The position numbers and the translations under genes are program-made. Under the pieces are notes generated by a model, which worked only from the letters and a program-made list of their open reading frames with translations, was not told the origin of the DNA and searched no databases. DNA of 63,932 nt, the filler included, from Aduncisulcus paluster (Eukaryota), in the NCBI GenBank assembly GCA_024181965.1. It is 5 parts of 5 records of this genome, joined end to end, with 100 filler letters (N's around TTAATTAATTAA, not from the genome) between each part and the next. Parts side by side here need not be neighbours in the genome. Positions count along the whole stretch, not along the records: positions 33,240 to 57,580 come from BQXS01010918.1; positions 57,681 to 63,932 come from BQXS01010919.1; 3 more parts are not named here. One strand, written 5' to 3'. Shown one piece after another: positions 46,740 through 58,759 of this stretch (the first letter of the stretch is position 1; each line of letters begins with the position of its first letter).

Positions 46740-49535
46740 ATGGACGAACCAATTGGAACTGAAACTGTTGAAGACCAAAAGAGATGGGTTGCTGAGAGCA
46801 TGCAGAAGGTCAAACAAGCTCATTATCGTATGAGAGAAGAAATTTCCCGTAAGAATCTTCCTGGAGTTTTGAAGGAAGCTGCCAACATGCTTTCTGAGCT
46901 TAAAACATCCTTATTATCCCCTATTCACTATTATGAACTCTTCAATTTAGTTTTTGATCATATGCAAGAGGTTTATATCTTCTTGCGTGGTATTCCTGGA
47001 GATGGCCGTGTTAAGCGTCAAATCTATGAGCTCGTCCAACGTGCTGCTAGTCTTATCCCCCGTTTGTATCTCCTCATTGTTGCTGGTGTCGTTCTTATCG
47101 AGACAGATTCCGTTCCCAAAGTTGAGGTCTTAACTGACATTATTGACATGATGAAGGGTGTTCAAAATCCTATTCGTGGTCTTTTCCTTAGGGAATTCTT
47201 CAACAGAATGGTGAAGCGTGTTCTTCCCGATGCCCCAGCCAAGCCTGTCACCGAGGAGCCCAAAGAAGCCGAAGAAGAATCCCAAGAGATTGAAGGAACC
47301 ATCGAAGACAGTATTAGAATCGTGTTGAGGAACTTTATTGAAATGAACAAACTTTGGGTTCGTCTCCAGTATGCTCAGGCCTTCACTTTGATTGATAAGA
47401 AGAAATGTGAGAATGAGCGTAATCAACTCCGTCAATTGGTTGGAACCAACATTATCAGATTGTCTCAGTTTGAAAACATCAACCCTGAGATCTATGCCTT
47501 CTCCGTTCTGCCCGTTCTCCTTAACCAGATCGAGAAGTGTGGGGATCGTATTGCCCAACAGTATCTTCTCGATAGTATCATCCATGCCTTCCCTGACCAG
47601 TTCCATTTCTTGACTGTTGACACTCTCTTTGGTGTCTTGTCCAAGTTGAAACCTGGCGTTGTCATTTCTGACATCCTTGTTGGTCTTCTTCAGCGTTTTG
47701 TGACCTTCTTGAACAACGAGGACACTTACCCCGAAGGTGTTCGCCTTTGCTCCCTTTTGATTACCAACAGTGGTCTTGTTGGCCGTGTCAAGAAACAGTT
47801 TGAAGAGCGTAAGCTCATGGCAAGCCAACAAGGCAAAGAGTTCGCCGAGGACGAGTCTACCTTGTTATCCAAATACAACCCCGAGCACCCCTGCTTTGTC
47901 TTCCATGTCATTAGTTTTTATGTGAGTGATGTTCTCTCCTCATTCAACTCTAAGCCTCAACCCCTCTCTATAACCTCCACTTTGAAGATATTTATTGCTC
48001 TCCTTGCTTTTGCTAGTAATGTCACCCATTTCAACGATGACACTCTGATTGACGACATTTTCACTGATATTGTTGGCGTTTTCCACTGCAACCACATTGA
48101 GAGCGTGTGTGAGAAAGAAGAACTCACTCTCTTGCGTACTTTGTTGACTACTCCTTTGAAGGTCCCTTCTCATATCTTCACTGTGCTTGCCATGAGGAGT
48201 TTCACTGAGCTTGCTGGATTCCTCTCCGGTCGTGCCAGGAAGGACCTTGCCCTTGAAATTGCCAAGACTCTTATTGACTGTGGTTCTGAAAACATTGACA
48301 CTATCGAGAAGGTTGATAACTTGTTAACCTTCTTGAGCCCTGTCCTAATTGGAAAGACAGTGACGGTCGAAGAAATTGATGAAAGAGATGTCCAGAGCAT
48401 CGCCTCTGGTGTCGATGCTGTCGTTGTTGAGGAATCTGATGAACAACTTGACACTGAGCTCTCTCTCGTTGCTCGTTGTGTTCACCTTGTCCACACAGAG
48501 GATCCAAATATTCTCTATGGAATCTTGAACGCCATGAAGCGTCACTACGAGCGTGGAGGACCTCAGCGTACCCCTTATACATTACCTCCCCTCCTTTTCG
48601 CTATTCTCCGTCACACTGCCTGTCAGGAAAAAGGAGGCGACGATCACAGTGCTTGGACAACCCAGATGCTTGAACTCGCTGACCAGGTTATTATATTGTA
48701 CGGATATGTTGCTCCTCGTCGTAGCTTGCGTCTCTTCCTCGAGTGTGCCCGTGTTGCCGATTCCTGTCCCGATCAGACCAAGATGACATACCACTTCCTA
48801 ACCAACGCTTTCATTTCATTCGAAGACCACATTGTAGAGAGCAAGAGTCAGCTTGAATCCCTCTATTGTATGATTGGAACCATATTCTCGCTCACACACA
48901 TGCCCCTAGAAGACTACCTCACTGCTTCCAAGCGTGTCTGCATGCTATCCCTCTCTCTGATGCGTAAGAGTGACCAATGCAAGGCTCTCTGCCGTTCATT
49001 CCATTTGTTCTACAATGCCGGAAGTTTGATAACAAAGGGATTCCCTGATGAGAAAGAAGAATTCCAGGGTAAGGTTGAGAACAAAGGAGGTCAGTGCAAG
49101 GACGTTGAGAAACTTCTCAAATGGATCAAAAAGACTGCTGAGGTTGCCATGTATGAAAGATCAAAGCGTTTGTGTGCCTACCAGATTCTCTGTGTTGTTA
49201 ACCAATGTATTTCGGTATGCAAGCGTATCGAGCGTGTTGAAGGTCGTAGTGACAATTATTCAGCTGTTGTCACCGAGGTTACCCGCCTCATGGAAGAGGC
49301 TTCCCGTGCCTCAGCTGTAGCTTCTCACGATAGACCTCAACTCAAGGGTATTGTTGATGCTGATCCCACTGTTGAGGAACTCTCATACTTCATCCGTTCT
49401 TGTGAGGAAGAGAAGAACAAATTGACCGCGGAAAAGACCGAAGAGAAGGTGGAAGAGAAGGTGGAAGAGGAGGTGGAAGAGAAGGTCGAAGAACCAGTTG
49501 AAAAGGTTGAGGAAGATTTGAAGGAGGAAGAATAA
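46740..49535 (+). CDS. VPS35: Retromer subunit VPS35
   Basis: MLSELKTSLLSPIHYYELF, YELVQ...IPRLYL, KGVQNPIRGLFLR, NFIEMNKLWVRLQ, LVGTNIIRLSQ, FPDQFH. Confidence 0.97.
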   Translation: MDEPIGTETVEDQKRWVAESMQKVKQAHYRMREEISRKNLPGVLKEAANMLSELKTSLLSPIHYYELFNLVFDHMQEVYIFLRGIPGDGRVKRQIYELVQRAASLIPRLYLLIVAGVVLIETDSVPKVEVLTDIIDMMKGVQNPIRGLFLREFFNRMVKRVLPDAPAKPVTEEPKEAEEESQEIEGTIEDSIRIVLRNFIEMNKLWVRLQYAQAFTLIDKKKCENERNQLRQLVGTNIIRLSQFENINPEIYAFSVLPVLLNQIEKCGDRIAQQYLLDSIIHAFPDQFHFLTVDTLFGVLSKLKPGVVISDILVGLLQRFVTFLNNEDTYPEGVRLCSLLITNSGLVGRVKKQFEERKLMASQQGKEFAEDESTLLSKYNPEHPCFVFHVISFYVSDVLSSFNSKPQPLSITSTLKIFIALLAFASNVTHFNDDTLIDDIFTDIVGVFHCNHIESVCEKEELTLLRTLLTTPLKVPSHIFTVLAMRSFTELAGFLSGRARKDLALEIAKTLIDCGSENIDTIEKVDNLLTFLSPVLIGKTVTVEEIDERDVQSIASGVDAVVVEESDEQLDTELSLVARCVHLVHTEDPNILYGILNAMKRHYERGGPQRTPYTLPPLLFAILRHTACQEKGGDDHSAWTTQMLELADQVIILYGYVAPRRSLRLFLECARVADSCPDQTKMTYHFLTNAFISFEDHIVESKSQLESLYCMIGTIFSLTHMPLEDYLTASKRVCMLSLSLMRKSDQCKALCRSFHLFYNAGSLITKGFPDEKEEFQGKVENKGGQCKDVEKLLKWIKKTAEVAMYERSKRLCAYQILCVVNQCISVCKRIERVEGRSDNYSAVVTEVTRLMEEASRASAVASHDRPQLKGIVDADPTVEELSYFIRSCEEEKNKLTAEKTEEKVEEKVEEEVEEKVEEPVEKVEEDLKEEE

Positions 49536-50919
49536 GCTCATTCATTTCGAATATTGGAAGATCCATTTCCAAAAAGTTACTCCGTTTAAACCTCGTTAAA
49601 ATAAATTTTTATTGTGTTTAATAGATTTTTATTATAATTTATTAAAGTATTATGTGGCCACTATATCAATATTATCTTATTTCATGAGATATATTTTTCT
49701 TCATGATCCAATCCAAAATAAACATATTTTAGTTGAAGAAAGTATTTAACATGAACAATAAAATTGATTGTGTATGTTTTTTTATGATTACATGAACAGA
49801 ATAACAGAATAACACCGACTGCAAAAAATTCTTTTCCATTTTGTTTCGAATCACCTGGTTGGTTTTATTTTCTTGTAAAATTAATCAATTTTAATGATAA
49901 TACTTACTATTCCGTAATATCATTTTTCCATATTAGTGCATATTAAGTGTGACCATGATGACACGGGATGCTACTATACTATCAAAGGGATGCACAGCAG
50001 AAACCCAATCTTTTCTTAAGGATTACTGTAATTTACCTCACATAATTGCTGTATTATACTATACTATTCCGAAAGTTGGCTAATCACTTGCGTGAATGAT
50101 ATTAATGCTTTATTTTTTGTTAAAAATTACTCCTAATATATATTTTAGTAGATTTTAAGATAATTCTCATTATTTTTTTTTTATTTTATCCGGCCAATAA
50201 TTATAAATAGTTACTCCGTTTTTTTAAAATAGTTACTCCGGTTCAATCAATCCTTTTATTAAATTAGTTTCTATTTTGGAATATAAAACGTGAGAATACA
50301 GTACAATATAGATTTATACTGTTCATTTAATATATCTTCCGTTGAGCTGATATCTTGATTTTCTCTTAAAATAAGACTAATTGTGGCAAAATCAACAATA
50401 TATTTTTATTGAATGCCATATTGTTGCAAATTCCACAAGTATTTTCTGATTTAAGACAATCAAGTTTTGACCGGAGTAACTTTGTATTTACTCCTAAAAA
50501 GAGAATATATCATTCAATTAATTTTACTAAAATTAGCAAAAATGACAAGAGAAATCTTGTCAAGAAAGTAGAAAGTTTCTATCCAAAGAAGTGGAACTTC
50601 CATTGAGGCTCTCCGAGGATAGCAGATATACGAATAGTAGTAATTATTGTCAAAACTTTTGACTCAAAAGGATAAAAATAAAAAGCAATAACATTAAAAA
50701 AAATAAAGCATTCAACGTAAGAATCAAAACTTGTAAGCATGCCAGACACTCTCTTCCTTGTGAGATAAGGAAGATAACACAGAAAAATTTGAAAATTGAT
50801 TGCAAATATGAAGAAATAATAATAATAAAAAAAAAAAATTCAATAGAAAAACTAAAAAAAAAAATTCAGGACAAAATAAAAAATACAGATCAGAAATTCC
50901 GAAATTTTAGAAAATATCA

Positions 50920-53318
50920 TTAGTCTTCTTCATCCTCTTCTTCGTCCTCTTCAATTGTGACCTCCAATCTTCCCTTGTTGATAACATCGAGCACTTCAGG
51001 GTTAGCAACTCCACTCATGTCTCCCCATTGTTCCTTGGGCTTACCATCAGCAATGGCTCGAAGAATTCTCCTCATCATCTTCCCACTGAGAGTCTTTGGA
51101 AGGGCATCGACCCATTGGATGAGGGAAGGCTTGGCAAGCTCTCCAATCTTCTTCACAAGCATCCCATAAAAGTCCTTCTTGAACTTCTCCAGCATAGCAG
51201 GGGTGACTTTGGCACTCACTTGAGGGAACAGACGGACAAAGAGATACAGACCTCTTCCCATGATAGGGTGTGGACAGCCGACAGCAGCTACTTCAGCAAC
51301 AGCAGGGTGCATGGAGATACAACTTTCAACCTCACCTGTCCCAATACGATGGGCATACCCTGTCTTAATAACATCATCGACACGACCAATCACTGTGTAC
51401 AGGCCATCCTCGTCACGCCTTGCAACATCTCCAGTACAGACATACCCGGGATATGGGTCAAAATAAGTCTTCTTGAACTTCTCCAGCATAGCAGGGGTGA
51501 CTTTGGCACTCACTTGAGGGAACAGACGGACAAAGAGATACAGACCTCTTCCCATGATAGGGTGTGGACAGCCGACAGCAGCTACTTCAGCAACAGCAGG
51601 GTGCATGGAGATACAACTTTCAACCTCACCTGTCCCAATACGATGGGCATACCCTGTCTTAATAACATCATCGACACGACCAATCACTGTGTACAGGCCA
51701 TCCTCGTCACGCCTTGCAACATCTCCAGTACAGACATACCCGGGATATGGGTCAAAATAAGTCTTCTTGAATTCCTCCATATTCTTGTAGAATCCAGTAC
51801 TCAAACCGTACCATGGTCTCTGGAATACGAGAACGCCCTCTCCGGTCCCTTCAATCTCCTTGCCAGCATCGTCCATGAGTGCTGGGAGACAAGGAGGCTG
51901 TGAAACGTATCCACCTCCTGGTTTACATCCACTAATTTCACGATGATGAGTTAGACATGAGCCTTCAGATTGGCCGTAAATGTGAACAAGCTGAATCTGT
52001 CCATTCATGCACACTGTCTTGTGGATATACTCCCAGAGATCAGGGGAACACACTTCTCCGGCAGTGACAATCGTATGCAGAGACGTACGAGCAGAGGATG
52101 TAACGTACTTGTCTCCCATGGCACGCAAGATACGGAACATGGTCGGTTGGGTCATGTACATGGAAATACGATGCCTGTCAATGAGCTTAAAAACACGACT
52201 AGGGTCAGGATAGAAGAAATCACCGGCATACATGAAGGTTGTAACACGAAGCAAGAATGGGCCCAAAACAGCATGAGCCAGACCTCCAATCCAGGCGGGA
52301 TTACCGGAGCACCATGTCACCATTCCAGGCCTGAGATTCTCAAAATAGTCCGGTCCCATGGCAGCAACCATTGGATATCCCATGCTGTGCATAATTCCCT
52401 TGGGTTTTCCAGTGGATCCACTTGAGTAAATAATGAAAACGGTGTCGTTACTCTCAACAAGTTGATAATCACATTCAGGACTCATCTTTGTAATTTCTTC
52501 TTCATAACTCAGATCTGTGGGATGAGATTCAATATCAATGCCAGTCAAATGGTGCACAATTGTGTGTTTGATAGAGGGACAAGTTGTCAAGGCTATATTT
52601 ACCTTCTCTTTTGTCGGATCATGCTTAATTCCCGAGATAACCTCATCGCAAGTAATGAGAATACAACTCTCAGACTCAAAAATGCGGGTCTGGAGAGCCT
52701 CAGCTGATAAAGCAGAGAAAATGTTGACAAAAATGGCACCAATTCGAGTGCATGCAAGAATAGCCATCACCATCTCAGGAACCATTGGCATGTAGATGGC
52801 AACACGATCACCTTTCTTCACGCCAAGTTTTTTGAGTAAATTGGCATATTGACAAACATGAGCGAACATCTCATTATAAGAGAACTTACGGACATCCTCA
52901 GGTTCATTTCCTTCCCATATGAGGGCACAATCATCACCAAAGCCGTTTTCAATATGGCGATCAAGAGCATTCCTGAAAAATAAAAGAATTTAATTATTTT
53001 TTATGAAAATCGTTCAGAAAAAAAAAAAAAAAAAAAAACATACCAACAATAATTTGTATAATACCCCTTAAACCAAGAAACAATGCCTTTTGACAGATCA
53101 CAAGCATTAATCTTGGCGTCAGGATCAATTTTCAACCATTTGAAGTATTTAGCTGTCTCATCAAGAAAGTACTTGTCAGAATCAAACCATGATTTTCTTA
53201 ACAATTCGATAAATTCAGGACCAGTGTAATTAAGAGGAAGAGAAGGATCACAATCAAAATCCTTATAGCGCATTTTAGAAGGAAGTTCAAGGGCAAAAGA
53301 AGGTGGATTCTTTGTCAT
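50920..53318 (-). CDS. AMP-forming acyl-/acetyl-CoA synthetase (exon1 53044..53318, exon2 50920..52972) with a 98-aa internal duplication
   Basis: NYCW-NALDRH across the splice, LIWEGNEP, GDRVAIYMPMVPE, YSSGSTGKPKG, TGDVARRD, GRVDDVIK, HRIGTGEVES, LPKTLSGKMMRR. Confidence 0.93.
51175..51771. repeat. Perfect 294-nt tandem duplication inside the synthetase gene
   Basis: Unit starts at 51175 and 51469; CTTCTTGAA at 51175, 51469 and 51763; no N gap. Confidence 0.95.
52973..53043 (-). other. Spliceosomal intron, 71 nt
   Basis: TG|GTATGT...poly-T...TTTCAG|G restores the Trp of CWNALDRH. Confidence 0.92.
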
Positions 53319-54587
53319 TTGAAGAAAAAAAGGAAGGTAACTTTTTGAGTGTTCTCAACAACGAATGAAACCTTTCACTTCAAGTTGAAGTTGTATTCAA
53401 AAACTTTTTGATGATTGAATCATTTCTCGCTAAATTTCCTGATTGAATCTGAACTGTTGCAACTGTAACATTGTTTTTTGATCATTTCTATCGATAGAAT
53501 ACTGACTCGGAGTCAGTAATTTTCTCAGTCAAATCTATACTGTCGGGTTTACTTATATGACGGCAAAACTCTGCACTTGTGCGAAAAGAAATAAACAAAA
53601 ACTTCCTTTTGATAAATAATTTTTGGATATAAACCTCTGTCATTATAAATTTATGGCGCCAGGCGGACCGGCCGCCGCCCGAACACTCCCGGGGAGTCCT
53701 CTGCCAAGGTTTCTCAGTGGCAATGTGCCCTTCTCCTTGCATTATTGAAGATTCTGGAGAGGACGTGCATGGAGAGGTCTGTGTTTGCTCGATTGGAAAT
53801 AGAGACACTGGGAAGAGTGTGTGTGATGATGCAAAGGGTGGATTGGTTGAAATAAAATAAAAAGCAACATTTCAGAAGAAATAACAAGCCATCAAGGTTT
53901 TTGATGGTTGGGCTAGTAACTTGAACCTGTAATAAATGGCAACAACAAGAATATCTTCACTCATGGATATTTCTCCTATTATTGGATTTGATTAGTCAAA
54001 AACATCTTTTTTCATTCACAATAAAATTTACAAAATACAATATTTCATTGGATTTTAAAAGAAATGATCGAGATTTGATTTCATCATGGATTGCCGTAAG
54101 AATTCCACTCTAAACCACAATTATGGATAGCGGCAGTTATTTATATCTCATATTTTCATGAGAAGATAATATTACCTGATATTTATAATCGGAGTTTGAA
54201 AAATGGCATATATCTCTTTGGATAAATGATTTTCTGAATTTTTATAAACGCTGCAAGAAATTATATTATATTTGTGCAACAAAAAGACCAATAAAATTAC
54301 GTTTTCACCAATTGGTTGAATAACTTCTGTCGTTTTGCCATTTTCGTTCAAAGATAAAATGGGCCGAACATATATAATATTTATTTTAATTTTTTTAATC
54401 ATATTTAATGTCAATTTTTATAAAATANNNNNNNNNNNNNNNNNNNNTGGATAAATGATTTTCTGAATTTTTATAAACGCTGCAAGAAATTATATTATAT
54501 TTGTGCAACAAAAAGACCAATAAAATTACGTTTTCACCAATTGGTTGAATAACTTCTGTCGTTTTGCCATTTTCGTTCAAAGATAAA

Positions 54588-57580
54588 ATGGGCCGAACAT
54601 ATATAATATTTATTTTAATTTTTTTAATCATATTTAATGTCAATTTTTATAAAATAACTTTCGTATTTGAAGATAATAGCGATGAAGGCATATCAGGCGG
54701 TGAAGCATGTACTTATGATTCAACTTGCAACGGAGACCTAACTCCACCTCATGGGGAGTGTTACAATAATTTCTGTCTATGTTATGCCGGTTATACAGGT
54801 CTCACCTGTTTCTCTGATGATATCTGCACATATGGTGGTGGGGAGGGTGATTGTGACTATGTCGATGAAACGAGTAATATTGTGGCAGGAACTTGTGTCG
54901 TAAATTCAAACAATGTAGAAATTTGCCAATGTGACGAGGGAACTGAAACAAACGCACTCGGAGGATGTACAAACTTGTGTCCTGATGGTTGTGGTGACCA
55001 TGGATATTGTACCAGTACAGGGTGTGTTTGTGACGATCTTTTTGACTTTGATGAAAATGATTTGTGTAATATTCTTTATTGTGAAGGCGGGTGTGACCAT
55101 GGAATTTGTGTTTTAGACCAATTAGATTCCGAAGCCGAAATTACTCATTGTGAATGTGATGAAGGGTACACTGGTACATCATGTGATGAAGCAGATTGTG
55201 TTCCAACTTGTAATTTGACTGCTGGGTACTGTGATATCGATGCTAATGAGTGTGTATGTACAAGTTCTCACTTTCAGGGTGACGATTGTTATACTCCCAG
55301 ATGTGATGGATGCGGACCCCACTCTCTTGGGTGCATCGATATCCCAGAAGATGAGTACGGGAATACAAGGGCTTGTATCTGTGATGATGGTTGGTCCATC
55401 GATACTTCGACGACTAATGGTACTCTAGGGGGTACTGTATTCCCTTGTCTTATCCCGACATGCGATGGACTATGTAAACATGGAGATTGTATTTACTCTG
55501 AAGATGCCACTGATTCTGAAGGTACCGTTGTTGATTACAAATGTGAATGCTATGACAATTGGTTAAAGATAGATGATAGTGATGTGACTTGTTCCTTGCC
55601 TAATGGTTGTGATCCCACGTGTGAACATGGCTCGTGTGCCTTTTATGAAGAAATTTTCGTCTGTGTATGTGATGAGGATTGGATCGGAGATGCCTGTGAT
55701 TATGCTGTGGGATGTGATCCTCCTTGCGTAAATGGTACGTGTGTATATACTGAATCTGATGGTAGCTTCGCTTGTGATTGTTCTACGGATGCTGATTGGG
55801 CAGAAGATTCAGTAACTGGAGCTTGTATTGTTCCTGATGGATGTGGAGACTGTGGGTATGGAACCTGCGTCTATGACAATGTAGCAAGTTCGTTCGATTG
55901 CTTTTGTGACGAAGATATTACAAAAGACGACGATGGATTATGTACAAAGGCCGATTGTTATTGTGGACTCGGAGGAGCTTCCTGTTCGTATGATGGGACT
56001 GACTTCACCTGTTCATGCTCTTCTGGATGGGATTCTACTTATGATTCAACTTATGGTTATGACATATGCGATACTCCAACTGGGTGTTCTCCAGGTTGTG
56101 ATCATGGTGACTGTTTCTGGAGTTCATCTGCTGAAGAGTTCTTATGCGATTGTGATGATGGCTGGAGCCTCGATGCTTTAGGAGCCTGTACTCTGGCTGA
56201 ATGCGAAGAAAATTGTGCTCACGGTTCATGCTTTTATAATTCAGCTGATGGCACCACTTCTTGTGCTTGTTCTGATGGGTGGACGACGGATAGTCAAGGA
56301 ATATGTACCATGGTTGACTGTTCGCTTGTGTGTGAACATGGGAATTGTGGATTTAATATTGTCACAGGAGAAACTCAATGTATCTGCGATGATGGATATT
56401 CAGGCACATTATGTGAAGATGTCGTTTGTTCTCCTGCCTGTGCTAATGGAGCTTCATGTGTTGAAGGGGTATGCGTTTGTGTTGGGGATTATACTGGAAC
56501 TTCTTGTCAAATTCCAACATGTGGTGTTGATGGCTGTGGGTTGTATGGATATTGTGTTGAGGATGACGATGGTCAATCTTGCGTTTGCGATGAAAATCAT
56601 ACAGGTACAGGATGTGATACGATCTCTTGTGCCGATTATGACGAGGATCATGCATTCTGCTACAATGGTGTACTTGTTTGCAAATCAGGGTGGTCAGGTG
56701 ATACATGTGAAACTAATGATGAATCCGACTGTATTCCACCGTGTCAGAATGGCGGAGTATGTAATGCTGCTGCATGTGACTGCTCTGCTACTGAATATAC
56801 TGGACCCACGTGTAACACTCTAGCTTGTAATGGTTCCAATGGGTGTGGAACATATGGAACTTGTAACGCAGGTGCTTGTGTGTGTTATGATGGATATATC
56901 GCAAATGGAGATGGTTACTGTGAAGATCTCTCTTGCTCTTTGGAATGCGAGAATGGTGGTGAGTGCCAAGTAGTTGATGGTGAGACAGTATGTGTTTGTG
57001 GAAATTATTTTAAAGGCGATACATGTGATATCCCTATTTGTAATAGTGGCCTGGGCTGTGGAAACGGATTCTGTGTTGATGATGGTGACATTGGTGAAAA
57101 CAATTCCTGCACATGTTTCCATGGTTATGAGCTTGATGCTACTGGCCGATGCACTAAAGCTCTTTGTACTCCTGTATGCGGTGCAAATGGTACATGTGTC
57201 ATTGTCGATGGTTCTCCCGAGTGCTCTTGCAATGACCCTGACCATTGGACTGGCAGTACCTGTGAGATTCCAATGTGTCCCGATAGTTCCGATGGCTTCT
57301 GTGGAGTGTTTGGAACATGTAAAGGAGATCCAGATACTGCAGATAACGTTCCTTATTGTGATTGTTTCGATGGTTTTACGACCGATGACTATGGTGACTG
57401 TACTGTCCCATCATGCTCTCCTCTGTGTGAGAATGACGGAATCTGTGTGACTACTTCGGGTGATGGCACAGACACCAAGTGTGTTTGCGGAGATTACTAT
57501 TCTGGAGCAGACTGTACTGAAGAATTATGTTCCAACATGCCCAAAGGTAATGGAGCTTGTATTGATGGTTCTCCTGTTTG
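54588..57580 (+). CDS. Cysteine-rich EGF-like repeat (tenascin-like) surface protein with N-terminal signal peptide or anchor; cut by contig edge
   Basis: Hydrophobic N-terminus YIIFILIFLIIF; many C.HG.C...C.C..G+.G..C units. Confidence 0.9.
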
Positions 57581-57680
57581 NNNNNNNNNNNNNNNNNNNN
57601 NNNNNNNNNNNNNNNNNNNNNNNNTTAATTAATTAANNNNNNNNNNNNNNNNNNNNNNNNNNNNNNNNNNNNNNNNNNNN
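57581..57680. other. Artificial contig-joining spacer
   Basis: N44-TTAATTAATTAA-N44. Confidence 0.97.
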
Positions 57681-58321
57681 AATCGAATACGATACAGAGC
57701 CTTGAGAGGAAGAAAAGAACTCCCATATTCCATGTTATTTGAGGAACTATGGAGATATAACGTTGTCAATTGTTGTAAAGCAACAATTGAATCAAGATTT
57801 TGAATTTTGGTACTACAAACATAAAATGAATTTAAATTAATCAAATATTCAGCCCCAATGATATCGGTTACAAGTTGCTTACCATCATCGGACGTACATG
57901 GAAGGTCAAATTCTCCATCCAAGGCCGCAAGTTCAACATCAAACACAATGTCATCACATGTAGAAGACGTACCACATGTAGTATAGAACCTCCCGTTAAT
58001 TTCTTCTTCAATAAGAGTTTTGAAGGATCCAGCGCCAAATGTCACTTCAGTCTGTTTTACCTCAACAAAAGGGGATAAATCATCATAAGTGTGATCTGAA
58101 TAAGAATTAATATTTGTAAATGAATCAAAAATACCGGGACCCAGAGAGACATCAGAAGAAAAACAACAAAATGTGGGAATAATTGAAAAAAATAAAAACA
58201 AAAATGTAATGAAAAGGGCCTTTATAGAGTTTTCTTTTAATAAATTTAATGGTTTCAAAAGATAAGCAGAGGGTTTGGGGATAAAATGAGAAATAAACAA
58301 ATACGGAACCGATGAAATCAT
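57681..58321 (-). CDS. N-terminal fragment of a secreted or membrane leucine-rich-repeat protein
   Basis: Hydrophobic segment LFITFLFLFFSII, then GAEYLINLNSFY, IQNLDSIVALQQLTTLYL. Confidence 0.65.
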
Positions 58322-58553
58322 TTTTGGATTTATGATAGATAAATAAATAAATTTAAGGCCAATTAAAAATTCGATATTTCTACGTTTGAACAAATAGCAG
58401 AATTTTTTATACTCACCCGGTGTAAGCCTTGGCTTAGAGGTAAATTAATGACTAAATTGAGAAAAGATTGTTAAATGCCAAATTATGCCACAAAATGAAT
58501 TCATTATGACGTTCTGCTTGCGAATTTTATCACACAGAGATCGAGAAATAAAA

Positions 58554-58635
58554 CGGTAAGAGTGGGATTCGAACCCACGCGTGAAATCACAATCGCTTTC
58601 TAGGCGACCGCCTTAGACCACTCGGCCATCTCACC
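58554..58635 (-). tRNA. tRNA-Ser (anticodon AGA), identical to 29846..29927
   Basis: Same 82-nt cloverleaf with different flanks; followed by TTTTATTT. Confidence 0.95.
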
Positions 58636-58759
58636 ATATCCAAAATTTGGGGGTTCTTTTTGTAATAATATGATTGAAAATTTTTCTTCAATATGTAAAA
58701 TACGTATTATATTCGTTTGCGTTTTGAAAAATTAAAGAACAAACATCACGGCTTTTTAC

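Noticed and set aside
33434..49535. Cluster of trafficking solenoid genes (importin-5, ANTH, transportin, VPS35)
   Set aside because: Mixed orientations, unrelated genes interleaved and no shared upstream motif seen; plausible by chance
1296..53318. Functional linkage of the sirtuin and the acyl-CoA synthetase (Lys deacetylation control)
   Set aside because: They are on different contigs joined artificially; co-occurrence in the window is uninformative
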